A stretch of 64,000 nucleotides of DNA, taken from Lepidodermella squamata. Lineage: Eukaryota; Animalia; Gastrotricha. Of the stretch, positions 1 to 14,300 are shown piece by piece. A program made the position numbers and the translations under genes. The notes under the pieces were generated by a model. That model made no database searches and was not told where the DNA came from. It saw only the letters and a program-made list of their open reading frames with translations. How positions within the stretch are numbered: the stretch's first letter is position 1; the number at the start of each line of letters is the position of its first letter. The stretch spans positions 124,001 through 188,000 of the forward strand of contig JBLDXI010000064.1 in assembly GCA_047495785.1 (NCBI GenBank), in the 5' to 3' direction.

Positions 1-448
1 AAACCCCGATTGATCCATCCCAACCCATGATTCCAAATATTTAAAATCACGGTTCGGGGTATTTGAAGCCTCTCTCCGTTGTATCAGCTTGACAAAGTGG
101 GAAACTCGTGACTATCTCACTCGAGGATAAGCAATCGATCAGATAGTTTCGATAGTCGCACATTTCAGCCATCATTTACAATTTACAAGCAAAGATTACT
201 CAAATCCCCTCATAAAATTAGGGTGACTGGATTCATCGAAGAGATTCTCATACTGGGGGCTCGGGAACGGGCCCAGAATAAGTCTCGCTTTTCAAAGTGA
301 TCATTGAGGCATGGATTTATTTATCATTAGAAGGTAAGACCTGACTTCATTTAAATAGGTTTCATTAACGCATCAGATTCACTTCATAACACTCTTTTAC
401 ATTGCCATTCAACTCACTTCACAACGAGGTTTTCTCGAGATATAACAA

Positions 449-2817
449 TCACGAATGGTCCTCGCACAAGACCTTATTTGCTTTGCTACTACAATCATAT
501 TGTAAAAACATGGGTGGGTTTTGTTCGTCGAAACTGCTGATAACAGCACAGCCATCGTTCTTTCCAATCCACTTCGAAGCAGCAAACGGAGCATCGGTGC
601 CATCGTCCCATCTGAGGGCACCTTTTTGCCGCACGAGACCGACCCAGGTGTTCAAGGTCGAGTCAAGCACTTGTGAGGCGGCTGTAAGCTCAGCGTCTGA
701 CCTAATTTTTGCAATCGAAGCATTCCGTTCAACGCATTTCAACGTTGCGGTCCATTTGTCGCCTCCGTCATCGCCCAGGTCGTCAACCGAGTATCGTTTG
801 ACAACAGCCTTGCAACTCTCCTCGTCTTTATAGGCGACATCAGCCGGGATTCGAAATTGCGTAGGCGCCTGGCAGCCTGTCGACTCGGTTACGCAATGAC
901 CCGACCCGTCACTTATGTCGACGCAGCGGAAGTAAACAGACTGCAAATAATTTAACAGTTCCTTTATTTTCTAACTTTTTGTAAGCAATTTAACTAATTT
1001 TTTAAATTAAACCTGCCGCGAAAATAATCCGCCTTTTTGCGATTGAATCAAAGAAAAAATGGAATTTTTCCCGGAGGGAACCCGAAATAGCCCATTAGTG
1101 GCGGCTGCTTCGGTATTTTTTGGTATTTTACCCGGTTAGAACCCCCTTCACGCGCATCATCCAGCGCTGGAACGACCTGCCCAAGACCGTGTTTCCAGAC
1201 ATTATTGATCCTCATTTATTCAAAAAATCTGTGAACGACCTATGCCTAGTTTTTTAACATCCGAAAACTGACCGAAAATTCTTCGTAAATAAAAAAAAGA
1301 ACAAATTTATACATCCTTTTTCAATCCCAAAAGTGATAATACTCCCGAAGTGTCTACGTTTTGAAGTTTCGGAACCATTTTCAGTGAATATTCTTTGCTT
1401 GCATTACTTATGGGAGTGCTGTCTACGTTGGTATAAGTATATTTAACAGACACACAGAAGGAACTAACGAACTTACAGGGGGCGTTATATCCTTGAGGCA
1501 ATTGTTAAAATTAAGCGTAAACGTCTGCGAGCCGGAGTACAACTTCACCTGCAATAGAAAAAATGAGTTGATAGTTGAAAAACCGATCATTCGTTTAGGT
1601 TTACCTCCGATAGACCTTTAGGACAAACAGCGCGGCAAGACAGGCGGTTAGATGAATCCTTGCACGAATAGGCGTTCTGTCAAAAACCACATTAATTGCT
1701 GAAATAGAAAGGATTATTACAACTTACTCCGCGCATGCAAGTTGCACGGTTGATGTAAACCTGGGTCGATGACGGCAGAGTTTCATTGCTGGCGAAACAG
1801 CCCGGGCTTTGCGGTCGGCAGTCGTTGAATTTGCCAGTGTTTGAATCGAAACAGCGGACGTGAGGCTTTTCGCTAACCGGAACTGTAACTGAAATTCATA
1901 AAAAAAATACCCGGCATTGAATCGCAACCGAATTTCCACTACGAATAACGCACTCATTCCGTTGGTACAAGACGCGAGATTTGGATACAAATCTGAATTT
2001 ACGGGGGTCTGTTGGAACAAATAAAATTCTCACAAATAAAACTGAGTAAACCAACTAGGAAGTGGCTCACCCAGTTTTTGGGGCATTTGTACGGGTCAGG
2101 GACGCAAGTTTTGATGACGCCATTCGACATGCAGCGCCTGAATTTTAGAGTCTGAAAATGACAAAGGTTAAATCTAACTTTAGTTCAGCTAGTTTCTGAA
2201 TTATTACCTCGAAGTCAGCCACCTTTTTCAAGCATTCGTTAAAGTTGAATTTCAAGCTCAACAACGGCCCAGGATCGTTAAACAGAAACGTCTGAAACAT
2301 TGATTTTCCATAAAATTACCAGTTTTGAAAGGTATGGGTAGCGATCTTCATTCGCTCGCATTGTAATTTTACGAAATTTCTAGCAATTGAATGTGGCTTA
2401 CCGGCATTTCACCCGGGTTGTTACAGCCGACGTTTCCAGGTACGCAGAACGGGGTGAGAGCCTCGTATTTGTAGCACATTCGAGCAAGCTACAGACAAAT
2501 TTAAAGGAGTGACACATAACTGAGCGAATGGCATGTGACTACACAGACCCCTGCGTTGCAACTGGTGGATCGTAGGAAAGGCGCGCCCAGCTATAGAGAT
2601 AGAAAACGCTTTAAATGTCTATATTTCAAGAGAAATTTAATTCTGAGCAAACCTGATAATCTTTGGATAGATCACATCCACTGGCAACCGGTTCGCAGCC
2701 GGTGAATCGGTTGGTGAACTGAGAAAAGCATCGAACCCAAAGCGGCTGGCGCAATGCCCCGTTGCTAGATGCCAGCAGAAGTGCCAGAAGCAAAGCGTTC
2801 AAGCAATAACTGGCCAT
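449..2817 (-). CDS. Copy A: secreted 6x(4-Cys module) + C-type lectin protein, 10 exons, ~436 aa
   Basis: Exons 2817-2653, 2590-2549, 2488-2402, 2291-2208, 2151-2071, 2008-1954, 1888-1728, 1676-1605, 1548-1477, 940-449; all GT-AG and phase-consistent. Signal peptide MASYCLNALLLALLLASSNG; CTLD motifs C..A.I..., WVGL, W.DG, terminal LCE. Confidence 0.88.
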
Positions 2818-4587
2818 TATAGTAGATCGAAAAAAGCTTTTAATTCAACTAAAATCAAGAATATTACGTGTTCCGACTTGAGAAAATACAACCACTAAAA
2901 ATCGTCACTTCAGTTCAGTTCAAATTCAGTTCAATTGGACAATTTTATTGTCCACATCAATAATTATCGAAAAGGCGAGCATCAAATAATCGCGTGTCTA
3001 TTCATCCATAGCGTTTCGGCAATACAATAATCTGAAACATTGTCTTTTTAAAATATTTTCTCAGTTCTCTTCAAAACGGTTCCTGATGATGACCTGATTA
3101 GCGCAAAAATCGTCTTGTGAGAATAAGGTCATTTCCATAAATATCCCATTCCACTCGAAATAAAAGGCTAAAACAGAATTGCGAATCTGTCATGAGGCTC
3201 ATTCGATCGAAGAAATTTCGCAGCATGAAGTTAGACCAAGAAATAACTGCGTGATCGGAGGGAAGGAAATAGGCTTTTCGCCGAAAGGGGGATGCCCTTC
3301 AAAATTGGCCTATTTCTCTGGCGATGCTTTTCTAGTCGATTCACTCCAGTGCGAGATGTAGGATCCTCGAACTAGGAGGTATTTTCGGGACCAAATGTTA
3401 TAACCTAAAACCTAAGGGTTCCCCTTTAGAAGCAACACCGCGAGCGAAGTGGGCTACAGCTGCCCCGTTGACTGAGCTGCCGCTGAAAGTGATTCGAATT
3501 AAAAAATCGTGGTTGAATTTTGGATCTTAACATTTTGGATAACCCCACACAAACTCCCGTCAAGGCTAGAGGATTCCCAACATTTGAAGCAGTGTTGTTA
3601 CTAGAGATTTTTTGGTACATACCTAGCTCGACGATTGACAGATTTGTCCTTCATTGGTGACAATGGCATGAAATTTGAACCAATAATCGAAGCGAGGGAA
3701 TTTTTCGGATTTACCTCCAGATTCTCTTGATATAATGACGATACAACGAGCTTTCCCTGACGTGACTAAGACATGACATCAACTATGACCTTGGTTGTTA
3801 CTCGTTACTCTAGGTCCGATTGGTTGTTGTAGCATGATTAACATGCGTTTGAAGTCTGTCCCTTCTCACGTAAGGATTTACCAACCAAGATCATATAGCA
3901 TGTAGATTCAATTGGAATCAATTGGAAGAGCGAAGTAGGACGGCCGAACTGGTTGGCATAAGGAAAATCGGCCTAAGGGCCCCCCTTTGGTCTTCCGTCT
4001 TCCACTTAGTTCACCTTGCGGACCGATTGAGGTAGTAGGGATGATCCCTGCCATCCCTAGCGGTACCTCGCTCTCTGCTCTACCGATGCGACCATTCACA
4101 TAGCGCGGATCGCGAAAAATGCGACTTTACCAATACTTATTTGTCTTGTTCATGCTTTATAAGTGCAGCTACGCGAAAAGTTGCTGTGCATCTTGGATCC
4201 CGATCTGGGATGCTTACAGATTACAGCAGGCTTGATTCAGGCCCTATGCCCAGTTGTGTACAAGTAGAACTATCATTATTGTTCTCATCAGTTTCAAAGG
4301 TTCCCCCAGCGCTACTGCGGCAGCTTTGCTGCTGCCGTTGCCAATATCGTTAACGTCGCTGAATAACTTGGATTAAAGCTGGCTTACATCCCTTTCCAGG
4401 TGATGCGAGAAAGCGGCTTTTGCAACGAGACTGAAGAGGCGAAAATGAAAGAAATTTAACAAAGGAATGACATTATTTTGCAAGTCTGGTTTATTCTAAT
4501 ATTATTCTGATGCAGCAGCTCTCAACACTAAACACATCTTCTGCATGTAGTAAACTTTCAACAGCCTATTCAGAGATGACTTATCAT

Positions 4588-7500
4588 TCATTCAACATAG
4601 GTTTCGCATACTGCGTATGCTATACCATTGCTGCAATCATCTAAATACATGGAAGGAGTGATACCCCAATTGGGAGTCTTTATGTTCGCACATCCATTAG
4701 CATAGAACGAGGAAGCAAACATAGCTTGATCGAATGTGAAAGCCGAACCGTCCGACCATTTGAGAACACCGGCCTCTGGAGCAAGACCCACCCAACCAAT
4801 GGGTGGGTAATGCGTTAAAACGTTGACAACGGCGACTGCATCGCTAGCCGTTTTAACAATTGCCAGGATGCTATCCATTTGCGAACACTTTGCAGCTGCA
4901 GCTGGATGACTGAAAGGTAAGCCGGAGCTTTCAATTTTGAACAGAATCCTCCTAGCGTTTCGACACTGCGACTCGCCGCTGAACGAAACATTTGCAGGGA
5001 AGCGTCTTTCAGTGTTGGCGTCACAGCCGCTTGAGCTCGATCGGCAGGTTACTGAACCGTCTGCAGTTCGCAGGCATCGATGGAAAGTGATCTATCAAAA
5101 AATAATATGTTATCAATCATGTCACTATATATGTCGTATCGTATAAGGCAATCCCTCCAGTTGCCGATAGAGCAATGCGAAAGTTGCTTTTTGCCTGTTT
5201 CTTTTGCCATCGGTCTTCAGGTCATTGAATTATAATCTAACAAATATTAAAGAGCCCGAATAGCCATATCGATTGGTCTGCTAACATATATATATATTAT
5301 ATATGGTGTGGCGCTGTAAAATGAAAATACTCTAGGGTAAACAAATTTGAAAAAATTATGAGTTATTCAATAACGGTAACGGTACGCCTTTCCCAAGGGA
5401 TGTTATACTAAAATTATTGGATCTGGCAATAGTCCTTCCTACTTCCTAAGAACTATTAGTAGGGGGTGGAAGAGAATATGATTAGATTGGGAAGTTTCAA
5501 GGAATAAGGGGATACTCTATGGCTAGCCATGTGGAAATATAATTTCCCAACGATCTGGAACCTCGAGCTCTTTTGACTTTTGACGCAGCCAAACGAATCA
5601 AGAGGTTTCATTTTCCAATGGAATTAGCGCCTTATTAGCGAGCAAATTGTGAAAGAAAATGTCGAAGATTTTCTGGACACTAAAATTGCAAATTTCGGAT
5701 CCGCGCTGTTTTGACAGTATACTGCTAACAATGACGAATTTTCCTATTCTTTTGCAACGAGATTCGAGATGGATGTTTCGGAGAATACAATTTATCGATG
5801 TTTTCGCCATCCATTTCATTTTCACATAACAGGGCTAAATCTTCAGCATTTGTTATCTGTAGGCAGGGTTCCGACTGGGTCCAGCATCCAGCACTGAGGG
5901 GGTAAATTGAGTATTTTGAGATCAAAATTTGCAAATCAAAGGGGGGACCCTTGCGTTTTCCAAATATTTTCGAACGCCAAGGGGGTTTCTTTACCCCCCT
6001 TACCCCCCGTACTCGGACCACTGTCTGTAGGCACCAACATTTCTACCTGCAGGCTGCAGGAAGAATCCGAAATTCAGGGCTACACATTGATACAAGGTTT
6101 GTTAACAAAATTCTACAGAGTAAGAACAATGTGGCCAAGATGTAAGTTGGACAAAAATTGGAAGTTTGAAAATTCGCTGAGCCACTTGTTAACAAGCAAG
6201 TACGTAGGAATTGGAAAATGAGGTTAAATCTGAACTCACCACCGGGGTTGTGTCCGCGATACATTTATCGTGATTCAGCTTGAAGGTGCCCAAGTCCGAG
6301 AACAGCTTATCCTGTTATAGAAAACATTTGATACCGCGAAACCATGCTCTTTGGTTGAGCGTTACCTGAGTTTGGTCTAGAGGACAAGCAGCGTAGCAAG
6401 ACGTTCGGTTAGATGAATCCTTGCACGAAACGGCATTCTGTCAAAACAAGAATTTGCAAGCTGCGAAATCAGGTTTGTTAACTCACTCCAAGCAGGCAAG
6501 TTGCACGGTTGATGTAGACCTTGTTCGAGTATTGCTGAGTTTCATTGCTAGCGAAACAGCCAGGGCTTTGCGGACGGCAGTCGTTAAATTTGCGAGATGT
6601 CGTGTCGAAACAGCGGATGTGAGGCCTTTCGTTTATCGGAACTGTGACTGAAATTCAGAATGTGAGCTTTTTACGGTAATTTCTCTTAAAATATTTCTCT
6701 TTATTTATCTTGAAATATGGCTAACCAGAAAAATCATCGTCGCCCTAGCAACTAAGAAAAAACTTAGCGAAGCACTTATGATTCATCGCTAGCACCAGCC
6801 CTCTCTAACTACAACCCTCCGTAAATGCAAACACGTGTTTCTCCAACCTTAGCGTTTGTGGAGGTCGCACTGTAATTTTTCTAAATAACTTTCGATGTTC
6901 AATTACTTGGACCAAAATGATTGCTGTTATAACAGATATCAAAATAACGCACTCAATCCGTTGGTACAAGACGTAAGATTCGGATACAAAGTCGAATTAG
7001 TTGACTCCTGAGAAAAAATCACAAATCAAGTTGATCAAATAATTTTAAAAATAGCTCACCCAGTTTTCAGGGCATCTGTACGGGTCAGGGACGCAAGTTT
7101 TGATGACGCCATTCGACATGCAGCGCCGGAATTTTAACGTCTGAAATGACAAAGGTTAAATCGAATGTCTGATCGGAATCCTAAATTGCTACCTCGAATG
7201 CTGCTTTCTTTTTCTCGCATTCGTTGAGGTTGTATTTCAAGCTCAACGTCGCATTCTGATCACCAAACCAAAACGTCTGAAAAAAATCAGAACAATTCAA
7301 GAATGAGCAAGAAGTATGATCTTCCTTCATCTCCCTTCACACCGATTACATTTTTTTAAGAATTTTTTTGAAGCTTACATTCATATCGCCCGGGTTGTTA
7401 CAGCCGACGTTTCCGGGTACGCAAAACGGGGTGAGAGCCTCGTATTTGTAGCACATTCGACCATTCTATAGACAAATTAAAAGTTAAATTGAACACCAAA

Positions 7501-7800
7501 TAGGAGAAGAATAAACGGACCCCGGTGTTGCAACTGCCGGCTGTTCGGAAAATCGAGCCCCACTAGATGAAACAAAAACATTGTATTGTCTAGATCTCGA
7601 GTGAATTAAATTTGAAGAAATCAGAAAACCTGATATTCGGTTAGTGGATTACAGCCATTGGCAGCTGGATTGCAGTTGGTGAATCGATTGCTGAACTGCG
7701 AGAAGCATCGAACACAGTTAACCGGTTGCGCACTCCATGCTACGTCGCAATAAGCTAGTATCAGTGCCAAAAGTGCAACATTGAAGCAATAACCAGCCAT
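4588..7800 (-). CDS. Copy B: Cys-module/C-type lectin paralog, 10 exons, apparently intact
   Basis: Exon 1 MAGYCFNVALL...TEYQ from 7800; exons 2-9 between ~7562 and ~6239 are homologous to copy A; terminal exon ~5092-4588 (ITFHRCLRTADG...WVGL...WSDG...VCETYVE). Confidence 0.86.
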
Positions 7801-8319
7801 TTTGTTGAGCAAATCTTGGTGAAAAAGGTCGAAAATATTTTCAAATCGAACGAAAATCAGTCAAACTAAGTGTGGCAACCTGAGAAAATAAAACTCTTTC
7901 AAATGATATTCGGATTAAACAACACTCGTCCTATTTCACTGTGGACAAAGATTATGTCCTCCTCGTCCAATTATCAAACAGGCAGTTTAGAAATAATCGC
8001 GTGGTTCTAAAACCAGAGCGTTTCGACAATTTGATAATTGTCTTGTCCTATTTCTCTCATTGTCAAAAGGCACGCTTTGCTACAAAAATCGTCCTCTCTT
8101 GCTTATTAGCGAATAAATTGGAATTTCGGACTCCCGAGGACAAGGTCATTTTCCATTTTCAATCGACATGAAATTTTACTAATAAAGTACGATTGATAAT
8201 TATTTTGCCTCGCATTTTTTCAATATAACTCCGTAGCCGTGATGAATTCCTAAGAGCGGGTTTCACCAGTCAATCTTTGCAACTCACAATTTTCATTTAT
8301 TCAGTAAATCGGTACTTGA

Positions 8320-11300
8320 TCACTTTATCAGCGATATGTAGTAAGCAGATAGGCACAAATAGATCGCCAGTGTCAAAGAGCACATGACAAGATCGCCAGC
8401 TCGAAGCACCGTCATCCTGCCCCATTTGCCGCATAAATAAATGCGACTTTTCAGCCGTCTAGCCATCACTTTGTCCTTAATCAAGTTCGCAGTCACGAAA
8501 TAGTATATCGTAACCACAGCAGTGAGAAAGCTTTTAAGCAGCAGAAAATCGACAAAATTAATGCGTTGCGGGGTGTGTGGTACTCGCCGAGCTACGTCCA
8601 CCTGGGCAAAAACAAAAGCGAGTAGGATTGTCGCTGCGAACTCAGGTCTCTCCTTTTTGCTAGGCGGAATTACGAAACTCCCGATGACAATAGCCATTAA
8701 AATTTGGCACGGCGCCAAAATTGAAGTGACGTAATAATTTGGATTTCTCGCAAATTCCAGCCGGAACATTGCGTAGCCTGATCTTCCATATTTCAGCGTT
8801 GGCGATTCGGTAATTCCTGATTCGTTATAAGTCCTGACCAGCATCCAAATGCTGTTATCGTTGATGTTAGGCTGGAGCAGTGTCGTGAATAGAAATGTGA
8901 CAAAAGCTTCAGGTTCTCGAAGTGCAAAGTAGAAATCACACCATTGCCGGTCGAATGGGAAATTTGTTAGGTCTATAGTGCATTTCGAGTGGATGGAGTG
9001 CTGCCGGTTCCAGTAGAAGTACATGGTTCGGTTCGGTTCGGTGGGGTAGTACTGGATTTGGATATCACTGCCGATTTGTAGCGATTTGTTGCTCATGTAA
9101 ATGTCGCTCGTGCTATTCATCATCAGGAGCTAAAAATGAAGTAAAAATAAAATCAATTGAACGAATTTGTAATATTTTGATTTCGTATTATCATTAAATT
9201 TCATCAAAAATGGAATTTTCTCCATTTTGTCAACCAAATGTTCGTAGTTTTTAGTAATTCTCCATTTTCCTATGAGTTTTGGGATTTTTTTGTAAATTTA
9301 TGGACATTTTCGCAATGCTAATGTTTTCACTTTCCGAAATACAAACTTTTGACTAGCATTCGTCTGATTTTTGGAAATTTTTTAATTTTCGATAATTTTA
9401 GTTATAGTGGTATATTTCTCACATAAGGGTGCCAAACTAGGGAAGCATCAGTGACGATAACTCGCTCAGCTTGCATCGCACCTGGGACCGTGGTATCACT
9501 CGGGCACACCGTGCTTTTCCACAGCAAATTCGTAGTCGCAGTAATGGAGATAGTTTGCTTCAAATCGTCGACATCCAAGATTCTGTCAACTGAAAACGTG
9601 AAAATGACCTTTGAAGTCGCTGAACCTTGCGATGATCTAGAATCGGGTTGAATATACGGGCATTCCAACAGCTCTTCCAGAACTACAGTCGGAATTGCGC
9701 TGCCCAGTTGAAGGTTCGGGGTGTAGCTATAATTCTGCGTCAATCCGTTGACAAGAGACGCGAAAACTTCATCGCCATCAAAATCCGAACTTAACGCTTG
9801 TGATTGGCTGGTTGACCCATCAGTTGATGATATAGCTTGGATACTCGTTATAGAGCCTTGTTGGTGAATTGTCACAGGCAGAGATTGGACTGGCGAAGTT
9901 CCAGGTGCCAGGCTGTAACCAACCGTGGAATTTAAGATCTGAGTGGCTGTAGTGACTGAACCTGCGCTTGAAGCAACACTGATACTTCCGGAACTAGTAG
10001 AACCTAGAAGAAAGCTCGAGGTTATTGACTGTTGAGATGAGCTCCCCGCATTAGTTCCAACGCTCGAGGAACCAATCGATTGAACCAACGTTGAGCCTTG
10101 ATTGCTCGAACTTTGAGTTGAAGATTGGACAACTGAACTAGGTACAACAATCGAGCTCAACGAAGCTGCCATTGAGCTCAAGGAGCTGCTCGTAGTTGGG
10201 CTAGAACTTCCTACTGAGCTGGATAATGCTGTCGAGGTATCCGAAGCTATCGAACTTGAAGATGACGGACCTTCCGAGCTGGAGCTTGTAAAAATCGAAT
10301 TTTGGCTTGAAGAATCAGCAGTAGAGGAAGATTCGATTTGGCTAGAAGAATACGTTGAACCAGGGTCTTGAGTTGCCGGATTCAGAAATGGAACAGAGAC
10401 TGTTTCCGAAGTGGGAGACGTAGACTGAAGAGCTGAAATCGAAGAGATCGAAGGGCTTGTTGCTTGGGTTGACGAACTGCCTGCAACAAGACTTGTTTGT
10501 TGGCTCGATAATGAAGTCATCAATGATGAGGTTGAGATGCTCAGGCTAGAAGACGTCGCAGCTCCGGTGGAAAGGCTCGAAGGTGTTGAACCGAGGCTTG
10601 AAGTTGTTAAACTCGATGATGAAACAGACTGGGTTGTAATTACAGTTGTCGATTGAGTCGTAGTCGAAGTTGTAGAAGTCGGGCAAACTATTGCTGAAGA
10701 ATTACTCGATAAAGCATCGATTTGAAACACCGAAAGCTGCGAAACAGTGACGGCGTAGTTGTTGTTCTGCCGAGTCACGTGACTCATTTGAAAATCTAGC
10801 CCAGCGACCAGTGAGCTCCCGAACCACGGAACAGGCCAATTGTTGAAGCAAACAACCGGCGTCGATGTGTTTGATGTCGCGAATGTGACAAGCAGGTCAT
10901 CGTTAACGATTTGTATCGTGAATATTGCCCCGCTTTGAAGTTGAGTGACTGAAGCAGTGCATCGAGCGCAGGATATTTGATAGGGCGGTGGGTACAGTGG
11001 GGTTGAGGTTGCGCTAACCGAATAAACTGGGTAAATATCGACTGATGTTGTGCCTCTTGCTGCAAGGACTAGAAACAGGCCGGAACCAATGATCATGTCG
11101 GAATTCGAGGATCCAACTGGTTAATTTATAAATTATATTAAATTATATTGAAAATTGAAGAAAAATAGTACAAATGTGATTTGTTGTATAGAAACTCAAT
11201 CCAAGAAATTTTACTGAAAATTTAATACAAAATTGGTAAAAATAAATAATTTGCTCGAATTTTCATAATTTATAACTAATATTAATTTATTAGCTTTGAA

Positions 11301-14300
11301 TTTTTACTTTTTGATTTTAAGAAATTTTCAGAAAAAGTTTGAAATAAATGAGAAAATGTTCCATCAACCAACTTATTGAGACGGGTGAATTTCGTGGTGT
11401 TACACCAACTGCGAATCTCGAACCATCAGGTGTCGCAGCGTTGATAGACGTCCCCGATTCCCATTTGATGGTGAACTCAAATCTCACATTCGGTCCAGTT
11501 GCAGGTACGACTGAATAAATAGCGCGGCTTTCAATGAAATTAACGTTGCTGAAACCGAATTTAGGTCCGCCTGAACTCGTCCAATCAACATCTCCAGTCG
11601 ACGTCCATCTCGCAGCTTGGCAAATGCTGTTGCCCGAGGTGAAAGAAAAATTTGCCATGTAATCGACAGTTCTCGTCTGAAGGTCTGGCAACGCTGCCAG
11701 GTAGTAATTCGGCTGATTTGGCGGGGTTGCGGGTAAACTAGCTGTTGCATTCATGCCGAAGATGTTGAGCTTAATGACTTTCAAACTCGCCAACTGGTTG
11801 CGAAATGCAGCAAAGTTGAACGATGGCATTGGAATCGACGAAGACATGGCTGTGGCGAGCCCTGTCACAGGTTCATTCGACAAACAATGCGAAACGGTAG
11901 TTACGCCATTTGAATCAGTTGTAGCCAGTGCAACCTTATGAATAAAATGAAAATTAAGCTCGGAGGATCCTCGAGCTAAGGGGCTCTCGGCCCGAGTTTA
12001 TCGGACCAAAGGACCTAAGTGGTTTTTGGGGTTTTCTCTCCTAGACCTCTCGGTCTGGGGTGTACATGGTACGGTACACGGTACTTCCGTAGCCCCTGAC
12101 CTTCTCACACTGGACTAGTTTTCTAATCATATCTCAGCAGCGTTTTTCGAGAAAATCCTGGACCTTTGTTGTTCCACTTGGAGTTCACGTGGATGCTTAA
12201 TGGTAAGCTTTTCGCATCAATCCGCTAATCTAATCTACTAAGAAAATACTTCCCTTTCGAAAAACGCTTCTTACCCCCGATTTACGAAAATAAAATTTTT
12301 TTATTAAATAATTTTATTTAAATATTTTTGTTTTTGGTAAAATTAAAATTTATTTAAACATGTGTTAAAAACTGAAAAGTTTAAATTTTGATTTTGGCGG
12401 CAGCGGCCGTTGAGCCGCCGGCGTTTGTAGAGCGTCCGTTTGTTACGCGTTACCTCAAGAAGGAACCTCGATGTGTTCTGTTTCTTTTCTCGATGTCCTC
12501 GGGCCTCTTACACGACTTCTTTATGTTGCGAAAATGGCCCTCGCACACTTTTCCATAGCTCAACTTTACTTGCAGAGGACTAAAACCTTCTACTGTGTTT
12601 CTGGTTTCTGCCTCTATGCACTATGGGTAGAATTTAGAGTAGAGCTCTATTAGAGTAGAACATAATACTAAACACCTTAATTCATTAGCCTATTTTATGT
12701 TTTATAAGGTAATAAGTTAAACCTTACAATCTACAAGTATTGTAGTAAGCAGTAAGCAAGTACCTAATTATAGATAATTAGTGTTGAGCTTATGAGCTAC
12801 GAAGTTTGATCTTTGCAACTGCAGTCTGCAATCGACTCTTTGATAATGATTAATAAGTTCTTCTTGCTTAACAAAAAACTCGCCTCATCAACATGTTACA
12901 TTGACGACATTTGACGAAGAATAAGGATTAGGAAGAACAAGGATCAAGATTAGACTAAGACTAAGATTTGATTGAACTTAGATTAGAGGATTAGGAATTA
13001 AGGAGTAAGGAGGCATCACAGTTTCTTTTCAACTTGAGTAAAACTATGTTTGACTATCCCTATCCACTTAAAGATTTGCAGTAGATTGAGATATTTTTAT
13101 CTCATGTATAACTTATGCTTATATCTATGTTCTTTGAACTAGGAACGTCCGCGGATCACGTTATTCTTGCTATTTACTACATTTTAAATACTTAATAACT
13201 CAAATCTGGAATGGTCTGGCTTTTGAAATTTCCCGTCGCAATATTTATACATACTTATTATCTCTGCTCTAGGAAACTGTCTCATCCTTTTCGCTATCTA
13301 TCTATCTAATTATTTTGATTGCTGCCATCCTCCACGTCAGACAATCGCCGGCCAGCAACTGCCGACGTTGCGAGGGCTGCTGTAGATGCCGGGTTGCCTC
13401 CAGATATTTATTTAAGTATGCAAATAAGTGAATTGTCTTGCTTAATTGAAGAACACCTAAGTAACCACTTCTGTATCAATAATTCAGTATTATTAATTAG
13501 TCTTATTAAGTAGTGAATTATACTTATCGCCAACTAATTCGAATGGCTTTAATATTAAATCTTACTATAATCTCACGTATTGATCCTCATTTTCTTGCCC
13601 CAAGGAAGAGTGAAGAATGCATGTGTTCTAAACTCTATTGGATCTTAGATCCTTATTTAAAGAATTTATGTCAAACGCAATGAAGCAGGAGCGTGTTGCC
13701 TGAGAAATGTGAACAGATATCTCATCTTTGGGAACAATCGCTCATTTCTGCTGCATACTGCAATCGAAGATCTTTTATTAACCATGATGAGCACTTCCGT
13801 TGGTGGGAGATGAGAAGGCCCTGCCTCGGTAAGAGCAGTGAAGCAAGCGCCCATTGCAACAATCAAAGAATGCTCACAAGAAACGTTATGGGCATTCGGG
13901 AAAGCTTGATACTTTTCGACTATCAATCGTATACACGCTTACTGCTTACAGGCGATTGGAGAAAATATGATTTATTTATCATGGAGATATCGGAAGAAGA
14001 GGAGAAAGAAGGCAAGACACTGAAGACCATAGCTAATTGACTTTGCATGTGGCGCATTGAATTTTTACTACATTTGTCATATATTTTTCACAATTGTGTC
14101 TGCAAAGTTGTGTGAAATGAAGAATTTCTAATAAAAAAATGCTGAAGTGATGACTTTGTTAATTAGACTTAAACGAAACGAAGCTTCTGTCATCTTTTAT
14201 TTTTCCCGAGGATCATAAAATGCTCATTTGACATATCGAGCAATATGCTGTAAAGAAGGGTGAGAACTAAGAACAGCAACCGTGAGAATGATGCATTCAT

